Source: Balamuthia mandrillaris (taxonomy: Eukaryota). From it: DNA of 64,000 nt. The notes under the pieces were generated by a model. The model was not told the origin of the DNA. It saw only the letters and a list, made by a program, of their open reading frames with translations, and searched no databases. This document shows positions 1-10,985 of the stretch, in pieces. The DNA lies in contig JAVKOQ020000059.1 in NCBI GenBank assembly GCA_031835245.2, forward strand, positions 124,001-188,000. Direction: 5' to 3'. Numbering within the stretch: position 1 is the first letter of the stretch; every line of letters starts with the position of its first letter. Position numbers and translations under genes: made by a program.

Positions 1-1158
1 TGCCCAACGTTGTTGGGCAGGCCACGAGCAGGAGCGACAAGATCGGGTTTTTCCCGCTGCTGATGTTGCTCTTCTTTGCTGTTAGTGGCGGGGCCTACGG
101 CACGGAGGACCTCGTCAGCTCAGCCTACCCGCTTTTCGCCATCCTTGGCCTTATCATTGCGCCTTGGTTCGTGGCTTTACCGCATGGTTCTCTGCTCTCT
201 GCTCTCCTTTCTCCTCTCTCCTCTCACTCACCCATACGAACACATCAGGCCTGCTGACAGCAGAACTCTCGACGATGATACCTGAGAACGGGGGATACAC
301 GCTATGGGTGCAGCGTTCGTTGGGCAACTTTTGGGGCTTCCAAGAGGGCTATTACCATTGGATCAACACCTTGACGGACAACGCCCTTTATCCTATCATG
401 TTCTCTGATTATCTCTACCGGCTAACAGGTCTCTTCACTCATTCTTCATTCTTCATTTTTCTAGTTCTTGTTCTTCTTCTTAATCTTCTTCTTAAACTTG
501 TTCTTCTTCTTCTTCTTCTTCTTCTTCTTCTTGTTCTTCTTCTTCTTCTTCTTCTTCTTCTTCTTCTTCTTCGTCTTCTTCTCCTTCATTGTCATTATCA
601 AGATCTTCTTCATCATCTCCCACTGCTTCTTCTTTTTCTTCTTTATGCTGCTGCTGCTTTTCTCTTTCTTTGTTCTTATTTACGAACCATCTCTACTATG
701 CATTCATTACAAAAAACAAAGGTGATCTTGGAGAAGGATGGGCATGGCTAATCCGCCTAGCTGTCATCATTGGCATTTCCACTCTCAATCTTCTAGGGAT
801 AGAAATGGTTTGTAGTGGTTGCCTTTCCCTTCCGTCTTTCTCACCCTTTCGCTTCTTTCTTTTCAAAGGTGGGACATCTTTCTATCGTTTTTGGGGTGTT
901 TGTATTGAGCCCATTCGTGCTATGTATCTTCTTTGGGCTGCCAAACGTGGATCCAGCACAATGGCTCGCTGTCAAAGAACATCCTCTGAATGATGTCGAA
1001 TGGGGCGTCTTCTTCAGCATTCTGATGTGGAATTATAGGTCTCCTGTCTCTCACTTATCTTACTTCCTTCTTCTTGTTCTTCTTCTTCTTCTTCTTCTCT
1101 TTCTTCTTCGTTCTTGTGCTTCTTCTTCTTGTTCTTCTTGTTCTTGTTCTTGTTCTTC

Positions 1159-1232
<74 letters not shown>

Positions 1233-2508
1233 CTTCTTCTTCTTCTTCTTCTTCTTGTTCTTCTTCTTCTTCTTCTTCTTCTCTCTCCCTCCCCTTTCAC
1301 AGTCACTCATAGTAAATTCGTTGCCTTTTTGCGGTTTAACAAAAGCGGTTTCGATTCTCTGTCGACAGTATCTGGCGATGTGAAAGAGCCCAACAAAACT
1401 CTGCTTCGCGTGACTTTGGCAGCCCTTCTATTGATCATTGTGTCCTATGCAGCTCCGCTAATGGTTGCCGTAGCCGTTTTGACTAACTGGGATGATTGGG
1501 AGGAAGGCTATTACCCAGTTATTGCAGGAAAGATTGGAGGAAAGTGGCTGGAATGGTTCATGACATGCGGTGCTGTTGTTGCTTCACTTGGAATGTTCAA
1601 CAGGTTAGTTCTCTCGTTTTTTTTTTGGCCTTTTCTCCTTTTGTTTTCTTTTCTTCCATTCTTTTTTCTGCCATCTGTTACTATGTATTTCACTTTTTCA
1701 ATTCTTTATCATTTCTTCTTCCTTCTCCTCTCTTCACTTCTCTCAATAGCATCTTATACACATCATCAGCGGCATTATCAGCATTAGGACAGGAAGGAAT
1801 GTTGGGTGCGCCCGCCCTTCTCTGGACTAACCGACGTAAGAGCCCATGGGTGAGCATCCTCTGCAACACGGTGGGGGTGTTGGTTTGCCTGCTGTTGCCG
1901 TTCCGAGAGTTGGTCCAGGTCGACACAACCATGTACGGCCTTTCCGTCCTGTTGGAATATGCTGCTCTCATGTGGTTTCGAATCAAGGTTCTATTCCTTC
2001 ATTGTAGTTTCTTTCTTTCGTACATGCTGTTGCTTTCTTCCTTGAATTCCTTCTTTTTCTTTCTTTCTTTCTTTATTTGTTTTACTTGCTCTTGTGTAGT
2101 ATTGTTTTTGTTTCTGGTGTTAACTTTTATTGCTTACAAACACAGAGACCGGATCTACCACGACCCTATCGCGTTCCAATGGGAACCTTAGCGCTATTCC
2201 TGTTCATCACACCGCCTTGCGCTCTGTTTATAATAACGATGGGAACGGCCTCGCTCAAAAGTCAACTCATCAGCGGAGGATTCATTGTGATGGGATGCGC
2301 CATCTACTTTATCAGAAACTACAACAGCCTCGACTTTAACTTGAGTCGGTGGACAAGGAAGCGAAAACAGGAGGATGATGATATGGAGTTGTGTATGATA
2401 GCAGGAGAAGAAGATAGAGAGAAGGGAAATGACGAGGAGTACAAGCAAACGGATCACGATGAGGAATTATTGGAACAACAGGAAGAAGTGTGGGATAAAA
2501 AGGAATGA
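1..2508 (+). CDS. APC-superfamily amino acid/polyamine permease (PUT1/RMV1-like), multi-exon, start codon cut by the window edge
   Basis: Spliced frames give FFAVSGGAYGTED, AELSTMIPENGGYTLWVQRSLG, GFDSLSTVSGDVKEP and RPDLPRPYRVP, typical of plant/protist polyamine-type APC permeases. First intron 187-248 is GT-AG; stop TGA 2506-2508. Confidence 0.88.
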
Positions 2509-2647
2509 GAGAGTGAAGATAAAGTGAAGTTTGTTGCTTTATTATATGATGACTTGCTTCTCTGCTTCTCTCGATCTCGTTCTTGCCTCTCCTCTCTTCT
2601 CTCTGCTTCTTCTGCTATCATACGCAATTCCATTTCATCATCTTCTT

Positions 2648-2686
<39 letters not shown>

Positions 2687-2960
2687 CAGCGTTTCCATTC
2701 TACTTGATTGGAGGCCATGATAAACAAGCGTATTATTCAACGGAGGAACACGGGAACAAAGGTGTCCAGAGAGAAGTGTGTGGTGCGCTATAACGATAAA
2801 AGGCATGATGACGAAGTGGCATTCTCTCACTCCCGATTGGCTCAATATAACCTACCAATATAGCCGGATCACGCCATTACCCCGCGAGGGACAACCATTT
2901 AAAGCTCGGAAGACTTTCATTTATCCACCTTTATTTCACAAATAGAAGGAAAGCAAAAAG

Positions 2961-3886
2961 ATGGAAGCTCACAAACATGAAGACGGAGAGGAACAAGAAG
3001 AAGAAGAAGTGGTCGACTTGCGGGGCTTTGCTGCAAGGTCGCATACGCTTGCCAATCGGTTGAAAGACCTGGGCGTCGACTCGCTGATCGGCGATAGAAA
3101 ACGTAACCTCAAGACCCACCGAAACGTATTTGTTGGTTCGTGCTCCTTCCCTTCTTTCTTTCTTCTTTTTCCATCAGCTTCGCTCCTTCTCATTCTCTCT
3201 TTCGCGTCAAAAAAAACAAGGCAAAGAGTTCGTGGACTGGTTGATAGAGAAAGGAGAAGCAAAGACAAGAGAGGAAGCCGTTACCATGGGGCAAGACCTC
3301 ATCAACTGCGGTTACGTGCACCACGTTTCCGACTCTCACGGCTTCAAAGACGACAATCTCTTTTATCGCTTTCGAGTAATGTTCTTTCTCGTCGTTCCTT
3401 GGTTCTTCACTTCTTTCTAAGTTTAGTAACAACCAAACCAAACCAACAAACGTACAGCAAGGCGAAGCCAAAAAGACAAAGATCAAACAAGAGAAACGTA
3501 TCTTCAAGAACAAGAAAGGCGTTGCCATCGGCGGTTACGACTGCGTGGCCTACTTTGAGCAAGGACGAGCTCTCAAGGGCACGCCCCAGCTCTCCGAACG
3601 GTGGAGCGATGCCGAGTGGTGGTTCCACAGCGACAGCAACAGGGAGCTCTTTCGCAAGGATCCGGCCCGATACGCCCCACAGTACGGCGGGTACTGCGCC
3701 TTCGCCGTTGCCAACGGCTCCACGGCTGCCACCTCCCCGGAGGCATGGAAAGTGGTGGAAGGGAAGCTCTATCTCAACTACAACAAGGTGGTCAGAGCCC
3801 TGTGGAACAAAGCAGAGGATGCTGTGGTGAGAGGAGATCAACACTGGAGAACCATGGTTGGTGAGGGTGCTGGTGGGTGTAAGTAA
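2961..3886 (+). CDS. DEP domain + bacterial-type YHS-domain fusion protein (exons 2961-3135, 3221-3375, 3458-3886)
   Basis: DEP: IGDRKRNLKTHRNVFVGKEFVDWLIE...TREEAVTMGQDLINCGYVHHVSDSHGFKDDNLFYRF. YHS family: AIGGYDCVAYF...WWFHSDSNRELFRKDPARYAPQYGGYCAFAV...WKVVEGKLYLNYN. Both introns are GT-AG with matching phases. Confidence 0.82.
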
Positions 3887-3892
3887 AAGAAA

Positions 3893-4146
3893 AGGAGGAG
3901 GAGGAGGAGGAGGGAGGAGGGAGAGGGAGGAGGAGGGAGGGAGGAGGAGGAGGAGGAGGAGGAGGGAGGAGGAGGAGGAGGAGGAGAGGAGAGGGAGGGA
4001 GGGAGGAGGAGGGAGGAGGAGGAGGAGGGAGGAGGAGGAGGAGGGAGGAGGAGGAGGAGGAGGAGGAGGGGAGGGAGGAGGAGGAGGAGGAGGAGGAGGA
4101 GGAGGAGGAGGAGGAGGAGGAGGAGGAGGAGGAGGAGGAGGAGGAG
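3893..4146 (+). repeat. (GGA)n purine microsatellite between the converging 3' ends of the DEP-YHS and selenoprotein genes
   Basis: About 250 bp of near-pure GGA/GGGA repeats seen directly. Confidence 0.95.
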
Positions 4147-4254
4147 AACAAGAAGAACAGTAGTTTATAATAAGAAAAAGCAAAAAGAAAAGAATGGTTG
4201 GTGTGTACAAAAAAGAAATATAGAGAGAAAGAATAAAGGATAATACCTCTTTCA

Positions 4255-4322
4255 CTCAGCTCTTGCCCTGTTCCTCTCTTTTGGAGAAGGAAATAGCTTT
4301 CAGGGAAATACAAAAGCTTCAT
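4255..4322 (-). promoter_or_regulatory. Eukaryotic type II SECIS element in the 3' UTR of the PRXL2/SelU-like gene
   Basis: Minus strand reads AUGAA-GCUUUUG-uauuu-CCCUG-AAA-gcuau-UUCCUUCUC-caaaa-GAGAGGAA-CAGGG-CAAGAGC-UGAG. It has the UGAA/UGAG core, a 12-bp helix II (7+5 bp around a 5-nt bulge), unpaired AAA and an apical mini-helix, about 90 nt after the stop codon. Confidence 0.8.
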
Positions 4323-4411
4323 TGCTCTTTCTCTCTTCTTTCTTTTTTTGCGTTGGTTCATTGCTTTCCTGCTTCGTTTTCCCTATTCTTCTTTCTCGTT
4401 CTCGTTTTTGT

Positions 4412-5548
4412 TTACAAAGCAGCCGCTTCTTTTTGTTGTTCTTGTCGTCTGGGAAAGTGCTGTTTGACGGATTGCATCAGCTGGTCGAGGTCCGCATGCT
4501 CCCCAAAGCCTTGTTGATGGTGTTGAAAGACCAACTCGCCGCTCTGGCAGTCCACTACAAAGGTGCCGCCCAGTTGCCTAAACAAAAACGAATGTACATT
4601 CACTAAGGACAAGGGAGAAGCAGAAGAAGAAACAGAGAAGAACAAGAAGAACAACAAGACGAACAAGAAGGAAAAGAAGAACAAGGGCCAGAAGCACAAT
4701 AAGAAGAAACACGTTACCAGCCATCGCCAGCAAGGTCACCCTTAAAGCCCTTTCCATCGGCCCGTGAAGCAGCCGACCAAAAGGAAGGACGAAGCAGGCC
4801 AAGAACGGAACTTCTGCTTGCCTGTTTTGTTTTGTTTTTGAGTGAATGAGAGAGAGCGAGAGCAGAGAGAGCAGAGAGAGCAGAGAGCAGAGAGCAGAGA
4901 GCAGAGAGCAGAGAGCAGAGAGCAGAGAGAGAGAGCAGAGAGCAGAGAGCAGAGAGCAGAGAGCAGAGAGCAGAGAGCAGAGGAGCAGAGAGCAGAGAGC
5001 AGAGCAGAGAGCAGAGAGCAGAGAGCAGAGAGCAGAGAGCAGAGAGCAGAGAGCAGAGAGCAGAGAGCAGAGAGGGACCACCGTACCCCGAATGCCTGGT
5101 ACAATTGACGACGCGTGTCGAGGAGGAGGTGGTCCCCCTTCCAGTAGCCACCCGCCAGGAACTCCTCCACACCCAGGAGCTCATGACCGATGCCCACGAG
5201 GGCCACGTCGCGCGCGCGCAGCTCCTCGCCGAGGGAGGAAGAGAGCTCGTGAGCCCCCTCCCTAGTGAGAGGTCAGCCGAAGCGGCGGAGGAGGTGGACG
5301 GCGAGGCCGGCACGCCCGCCCGCGCAAAGGCTGCCCAAAGGGACCGCCTCTGCCTCCGCAGCAAGGTGGGAGCCCTGAAGGGTTCGCAAAGGGATGCTGG
5401 CGGCTTCCTTCCAGAACGTATTATTATGCTTCATCGTGGTGGTGGCGGTGGGGGTAGCGCTGTTCATGGGTGAAGAAAAATTGGTTGCAGCGAGTAGAAC
5501 TGCGAGGAGCAGGCAGAGAAGAGCAGCGACGGAGGCAAGAGCTCGCAT
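4412..5548 (-). CDS. Peroxiredoxin-like 2 (PRXL2B/FAM213B, SelU family) selenoprotein with signal peptide; Sec codon UGA at 5275-5273; exons 5548-5087, 4821-4718, 4577-4412 (about 243 aa)
   Basis: Reading through TGA gives HLLRRFG-U-PLTREGAHELS...VALVGIGHELLGVEEFLAGGYWKG...LLLDTRRQLYQAFG...GFKGDLAGDGWQLGGTFVV...GELVFQHHQQGFGEHAD. This aligns with FAM213B motifs (LRRFGCxxCR, VRLVGVGPEALGLQEFLDG, GNLSGDLLQSGG). Intron phases match and a SECIS lies downstream. Confidence 0.85.
4850..5074 (+). repeat. (CAGAGAG)n heptamer microsatellite filling intron 1 of the selenoprotein gene
   Basis: Tandem GCAGAGA units seen directly, inside the GT-AG intron 5086-4822 on the minus strand. Confidence 0.95.
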
Positions 5549-5942
5549 AGGAAAAGAAGGAGAAGGAGGAAGGAAAGGGTCACGCCTCGCTTCTCTCTTC
5601 TTTCTTCTCTGGCTGAATTTTGTTCCTAATAGGTTATGTTCCGAACATATTAGATTATTACATACGAGTTGAATTTATAGGACCACAAATCGAGCTTGAA
5701 AATTGCAGACATTGACATTGAAAGGAGGACAATAAATGATGTCACGTTTCCGTATGACGTCAGCAGAGTTTGTGTCGACAAAGAAAAAAAGAAAAAAGAA
5801 AGAAAGAGGGAAGAGCCAAGACTCCTTTCTCCTCTCGCTCTCTCTCTCGCTCTCTCTCTCTCTCCTCTCTCTCTACTCGCTTTGGTGAAAGCAAGGACTT
5901 GCACTGTGCTCAGTTTTCTCTGCTTTCGCGAAACAAAAAAAA

Positions 5943-8900
5943 ATGTCGTCCGCCGACGGAGCGCAGCAACAGCACCCGCACAGAAATCGAAAGTCCGGCC
6001 GAAAGGCCGAGAAGAAGCGAGAGTCCAAGCTCAAGAAGAAAGGGCTCGAGAAAGACAACCTTCGCAACCAAAACCCCAAAGTAAAAACAAACAAAAAAAC
6101 ATAGTTTCTTCCTTTCATTTACTATTTATTTTTTTCACTCACTGAATTATTCTTTTTTTCTTCTCATTACAAAAAAAAGGCGTTCACTTCGTTTTCCTCC
6201 GTGAAAGCGGCCCGAAGGGCACGCAGAAACTTTGATCAACAGGAAAAGCGGCAACACGTCCCCGTTGTCGATCGTACCCCCGATGAGCCGCCTCCGATCG
6301 TGGTGGCGGTCGTGGGGCCGCCGGGCGTGGGCAAGAGCACGCTGGTGAGGTCCTTGGTCCATCACTATACCAAACAAAACCTTTCGGAGATCAAAGGACC
6401 CATCACCGTTGTTTCTGGTAACCCCTTTGCTTGCTCTATCCCTTGCTCTTTCTCTTTCTCTTTCTCTTTCTCTTTCTCTTTCTCTTTCTCTTTCTCTTTC
6501 TCTTTCTCTTTCTCTTGCTCTTTCTCTTGCTCTTTCTCTTGCTCTTGCTCTTTCTCTTGCTCTTTCTCTTGCTCTTTCTCTTGCTCTTGCTCTTTCTCTT
6601 GCTCTTTCTCTTGCTCTTTCTCTTTCTCTTTCTCTTTCTCTTTCTCTTGCTCTTGCTCTTGCTCTTGCTCTTGCTCTTGCTCTTGCTCTTGCTCTTGCTC
6701 TTGCTCTTGCTCTTGCTCTTGCTCTTGCTCTTGCTCTTGCTCTTGCTCTGCTCTTGCTCTTCTCTTGCTCTTGCTCTTGCTCTTGCTCTTGCTCTTGCTC
6801 TTGCTCTTGCTCTTGCTCTTGCTCTTGCTCTTTCTCTTTCTCTTTCTCTTTCTCTTTCTCTTTCTCTTTCTCTTTCTCTTTCTCTTTCTCTTTCTCTTTC
6901 TCTTTCTCTTTCTCTTTCTCTCTCTCTCTTTTCTCTCTTTCTCTCTCTTTCCCCTTTCGCGTCTTCTTCCTCTTTCTTTGGGGCATTTGAAAAGATGACA
7001 AACATCGCTTGTGGATCGCTGAGATGATAGTATCATGCTTTTAATTTCACAGTTTGCCTGAACCAAACAAACCGCCCAACCTCCTTTTTTTTCTTCCTTT
7101 CTTTCCTTCTTTTCTAGTTCTTTTTGGCTTTGCTTCCTTCGTTAACTCCTTGATTGAAACATAGGCAAAGCTCGTCGTTTGACTCTCTTCGAATGCCCTA
7201 ATAATCTGAACGCGATGATTGACGTCGCCAAGATAGCGGACCTCGTCTTGTTGTTAGTCGACGCTCATTTCGGCTTTGAGATGGTATTCCTTCCTTCGTT
7301 CTTGCTCTTTCTGCTTCTTGCGACAAACGATAACTAACAAACCAATAAACAATATTTAGGAAACATTTGAGTTTCTGAACATACTACAAGTACACGGCTT
7401 TCCTCGTGTGATGGGAGTACTTACCCACCTCGACCAATTCAAGAGCATCAAGACTCTCCGCCGCATCAAGAAACAAATGAAGCATCGCTTCTGGACAGAG
7501 ATCTATCAAGGCGCCAAACTATTCTACCTCTCCGGCCTGGTGGGAAGCACCAACAATAAGAAGTACGCCAAGCGAGAGGTTCACAACTTGGCTCGTTTCA
7601 TTTCTGTCATGAAGTTCCGCCCTCTCATCTGGCGCAACACCCACCCTTACGTTCTCGTGGATCGTTTGGAGGACCTGACAGAGCCGCAGTTGAAGCAAGA
7701 CAATGCCAAGTGCGATCGTGTGGTAACGCTATACGGCTACGTTCGCGGCACAAACCTCAAGTCCAACATGAAGGTGCACATTCCTGGCTGTGGGGATCAT
7801 TACATGCAGGAGGTGGAGGTGCTGACCGACCCTTGCCCTCCTCCTGGGTCGAAGCAGCAAGAGAAGAAAAAGCGGACGTTGTCAGATAAGGATAAGCTGC
7901 TCTATGCTCCGATGAGCGATGTGGGAAATATTCTTTATGATAAGGACGTTGTTTACATCAACTTGCCCTCCAATCAGGTCAATTATTCAGACATTCCAGG
8001 TATGGCCTCTTCTTTTTTGTTCCTCTTTCGTATTTCTGCTTATCAGGGACCCAAAATACCAACAGGCGCAGCACCGACACAAGGCCCAGGAGAAGAGATG
8101 GTAAGAAAGCTGCAAGAAATCAGCGTTTCCATCGATGAACGCCTTCAAGAAAGCAGCGTTCGTTTGTTCAGTGGTGCGCAGCCAGTTACGGCATCAAAAA
8201 TAGAAGAGGGAGAGGAAGAAGAACAAAATGAAAGTGCTACTACTACACGCAGACGACGAATGATGTCTTTTGATGACGATGATGCTGAAGAGAAAGACGA
8301 TGAAGATGATGAAGACGACGAAGAAGAAGATGAAGAAGACGAAGAAAATGAAGAAAATGGAGTTGAGGAAGATGAAGATGACGAGGATGAGGAAGATGAC
8401 GATCAAGATGAGGATGAGGACGAGGACGAGGATGAAGACCAAGATGAAGACGACATGGATGATGGAGATTATGCCAACGCAAATGCAAAAGACATTGCCC
8501 AACGGTGGGAGAACTTGTTCAATCTTCATCGTCGAAACGTTAACCTGGCGGAATTGATTTATGGAAAGTCTTCGTCTCGCAAAGGACAACAAGAAGGTGG
8601 AGGAGACGACGATGAAGACGATGACGAGTTCTTCAAAGTAAAGAAGAAAAGCGGAGAGGATGACCATAGTGCTGCCGGAGAAGAAAATGTGGATGAACTT
8701 GATTCTTGCAAGTTACAAGAGACCGCCACCGTGGTTCATAAAGACTGGAAAGCGGATGAGGAACTTTCAGAGTTGATCGCGCGATGCTTTGCCATTTCTT
8801 ATGAAAGCGATGAAGAAGGAGGAGCAGGAGAGGAAAACGGTGTTGATGATAGCGATGACGTTGATAGTGATGTAGATGGCAGTGGTAAGAGAAAGAAACA

Positions 8901-10781
8901 TGCGGAAAGTGAACAAGAAAAGCGTAGGTCGGAAAAAGCTAAACTGAAGGAGGCTTTTGATGCTGAGTGCGTATATCTGTTCCTCTCTCTCTCTCTTCTG
9001 TCTCGCAAATAGAAAACTAACGATAACTTTTGACAACAGATATGACAACGCAGCAGCAGGTGCGCAGCAACCAGAGGCAGAACTCACTTTCGGTGAGGAG
9101 CTCAAGCAACAGCTGGACCAACAGGTCAAGCTCAGCCGCCAAGAATTCGAGGATGAGGACCCCATTACTCGTAGCCAATATGAGGGTTTCCGCGCCGGTC
9201 TCTACGTGCGCATCAAAGTAAGCGGTGTGCCCTACGAAATGGTGGAGTTCTTCAATCCTGTGAACCCCGTTTTGGTGGGCGGTCTCCTCACTACGGAGGA
9301 GAGCCTGGGCTTCATTCAGGCGCGAGTCAAGAAGCATCGCTGGCATAAGAAGATCCTGAAAACGAACGATCCGGTCATATTTTCTGTGGGTTGGCGACGC
9401 TTCCAGTCCCTGCCGCTCTATGCCATTCAGGATCCGAATGGCAGGAACAGGATGTTGAAGTATACTCCTTTGCACATGCATTGTGTTGCCACTTTTTACG
9501 GTATGCTCTTTCTTTGTTGCCTTCCCTCTTTGACACAAACTTATTTGCATTTCTTTTTTTTCTTCTTCTTCTTAGGTCCCATCACTGCCCCTAATACCGG
9601 TTTGATTGGGTTTCAGTCCTTGTCTAACGACTTGGTACTTATCTTCTTTCCTTTCTCCTTTTCTGTTCGCTCTCTCCGTTGTTTTGCGCTTTGTCAAACT
9701 AAAGAACCTTTTTCATCAAAATTGCATGACTAAATAGCCGAGCTTCCGAGTGAGCTTGACTGGTGTCCTTTTGGAGATCAATCAGTCATTTGAGGTCGTG
9801 AAGAAGCTGAAACTGACGGGCACTCCCTACAAGGTCCACAAGAATACAGCCTTTGTGAAAGATATCCTTTTCTTTCTTCTGTTCTCTCCTCTCTTTTGTT
9901 TGCCGTCTCTTCATTTCTTCTTTAACTATTGTATACGTATGTTCAATTCTGCGTTGGAAGTGTCCAAGTTCGAAGGGGCGAGCATTCGAACGGTGAGCGG
10001 CATTCGCGGCCAAGTAAAGAAACCGTGTTCCGCTCCTGAAGGCGCTTTTCGAGCCACCTTTGAGGACAAAGTTCTCATGAGCGGTAATAACTCACACCTC
10101 CTTTTTGTGCTTCTCTCTCTTTCTTTCCTCACTCATTTGATGTATTCCTGTGCATATTAGATATAATATTTTTGCGGACGTGGTATCCCGTAAAGCCGAT
10201 CGCCTACTACAATCCGGTCTGTTCCATGTTGACCGATGGCCAGTCGGAGTGGACGGGCATGAGGACCGTCGCTCAAGTTCGCAAAGAGAAAGGGCTGAGC
10301 ATCCCCCAGAAAACTGATTCTCATTACGAGGTTCTCTCTCTCTCTCCACTATTTATTTCAGTTTTCAGGATAACTTACAATCAAAAAATAGGCGATAGAA
10401 AGACAGAAAAGAGTGTTCAACACGCTGAAGATTCCAAAGTCGCTCCAAGCCCAACTGCCCTTCGCCTCCAAACCAAAACAACTCAACAAACGCTCCAAGC
10501 CAACATACGAAACCAAGCGCAAAGTCATTTTGCAGCCGCAAGAAAGAAGAGTGGTGACGTTGATGCAACAGCTCAACACGCTGAAGAACGAGCAGAGACA
10601 GCAGAAGAAGGAAAAGCAGAAGCAGAGATTCTTGGAGCACAGGAAGAAGAAAGCGGTGGAGGATGAGAAGAGGCAGCAGAGAGAGAGGGAGGCCAAGAAG
10701 AGAAAGTTTAGGAAGGAGAGCAAAGAGCAGGCCCGAAAGGAAGCTGCCGCCAAGAGACAAAAGAGAGGGGGAGACGAATAA
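5943..10781 (+). CDS. BMS1: Ribosome biogenesis GTPase BMS1, multi-exon
   Basis: QNPKAF, HVPVVDRTPDEPPPIVVAVVGPPGVGKSTL, RFWTEIYQGAKLFYLSG, KFRPLIWRNTHPY, KKHRWHKKILKTNDP, GASIRTVSGIRGQVKK, LQAQLPFASKPK. Confidence 0.97.
6440..6945 (+). repeat. (CTCTTG/CTCTTT)n hexamer microsatellite in BMS1 intron 2
   Basis: About 500 bp of tandem hexamers; source of the low-complexity ORFs listed for 6147-7066. Confidence 0.95.
9862..9936 (+). other. U12-type (minor spliceosome) AT-AC intron in BMS1
   Basis: 5' end ATATCCTTTT, branch site TTCTTTAAC at 9918-9926, 3' end TATAC. Removing it restores the conserved KNTAFVK-G-MFNSALEV. Confidence 0.92.
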
Positions 10782-10844
10782 GAGAAGAGCGTATCTTCTT
10801 TCTAATAGAAACTTACATCAAGTTTTTTGCAGCGTTAAAAATCT

Positions 10845-10876
<32 letters not shown>

Positions 10877-10985
10877 CAAAAGGGAGATGTACATTTGCTT
10901 TCTTTTGTTGTTTGAAATGTAAAGAGAGGGTGTAAAGAAGTGCGGGGAAAAAAAAAAGGTACAAAAGAAAGAGGAGGATAGGGTT

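Noticed and set aside
3879..3886. GTAAGT at the end of the DEP-YHS ORF as a possible donor extending the gene
   Set aside because: The YHS module is already complete, the following sequence is purine-rich unlike sense-strand introns here, and no downstream exon is evident before the convergent gene.
430..7066. Long poly-Leu, poly-Phe, RE/RA/SC dipeptide ORFs in the ORF track (also near 16700, 21300 and 29200)
   Set aside because: They are translations of intronic or intergenic microsatellites, not genes.
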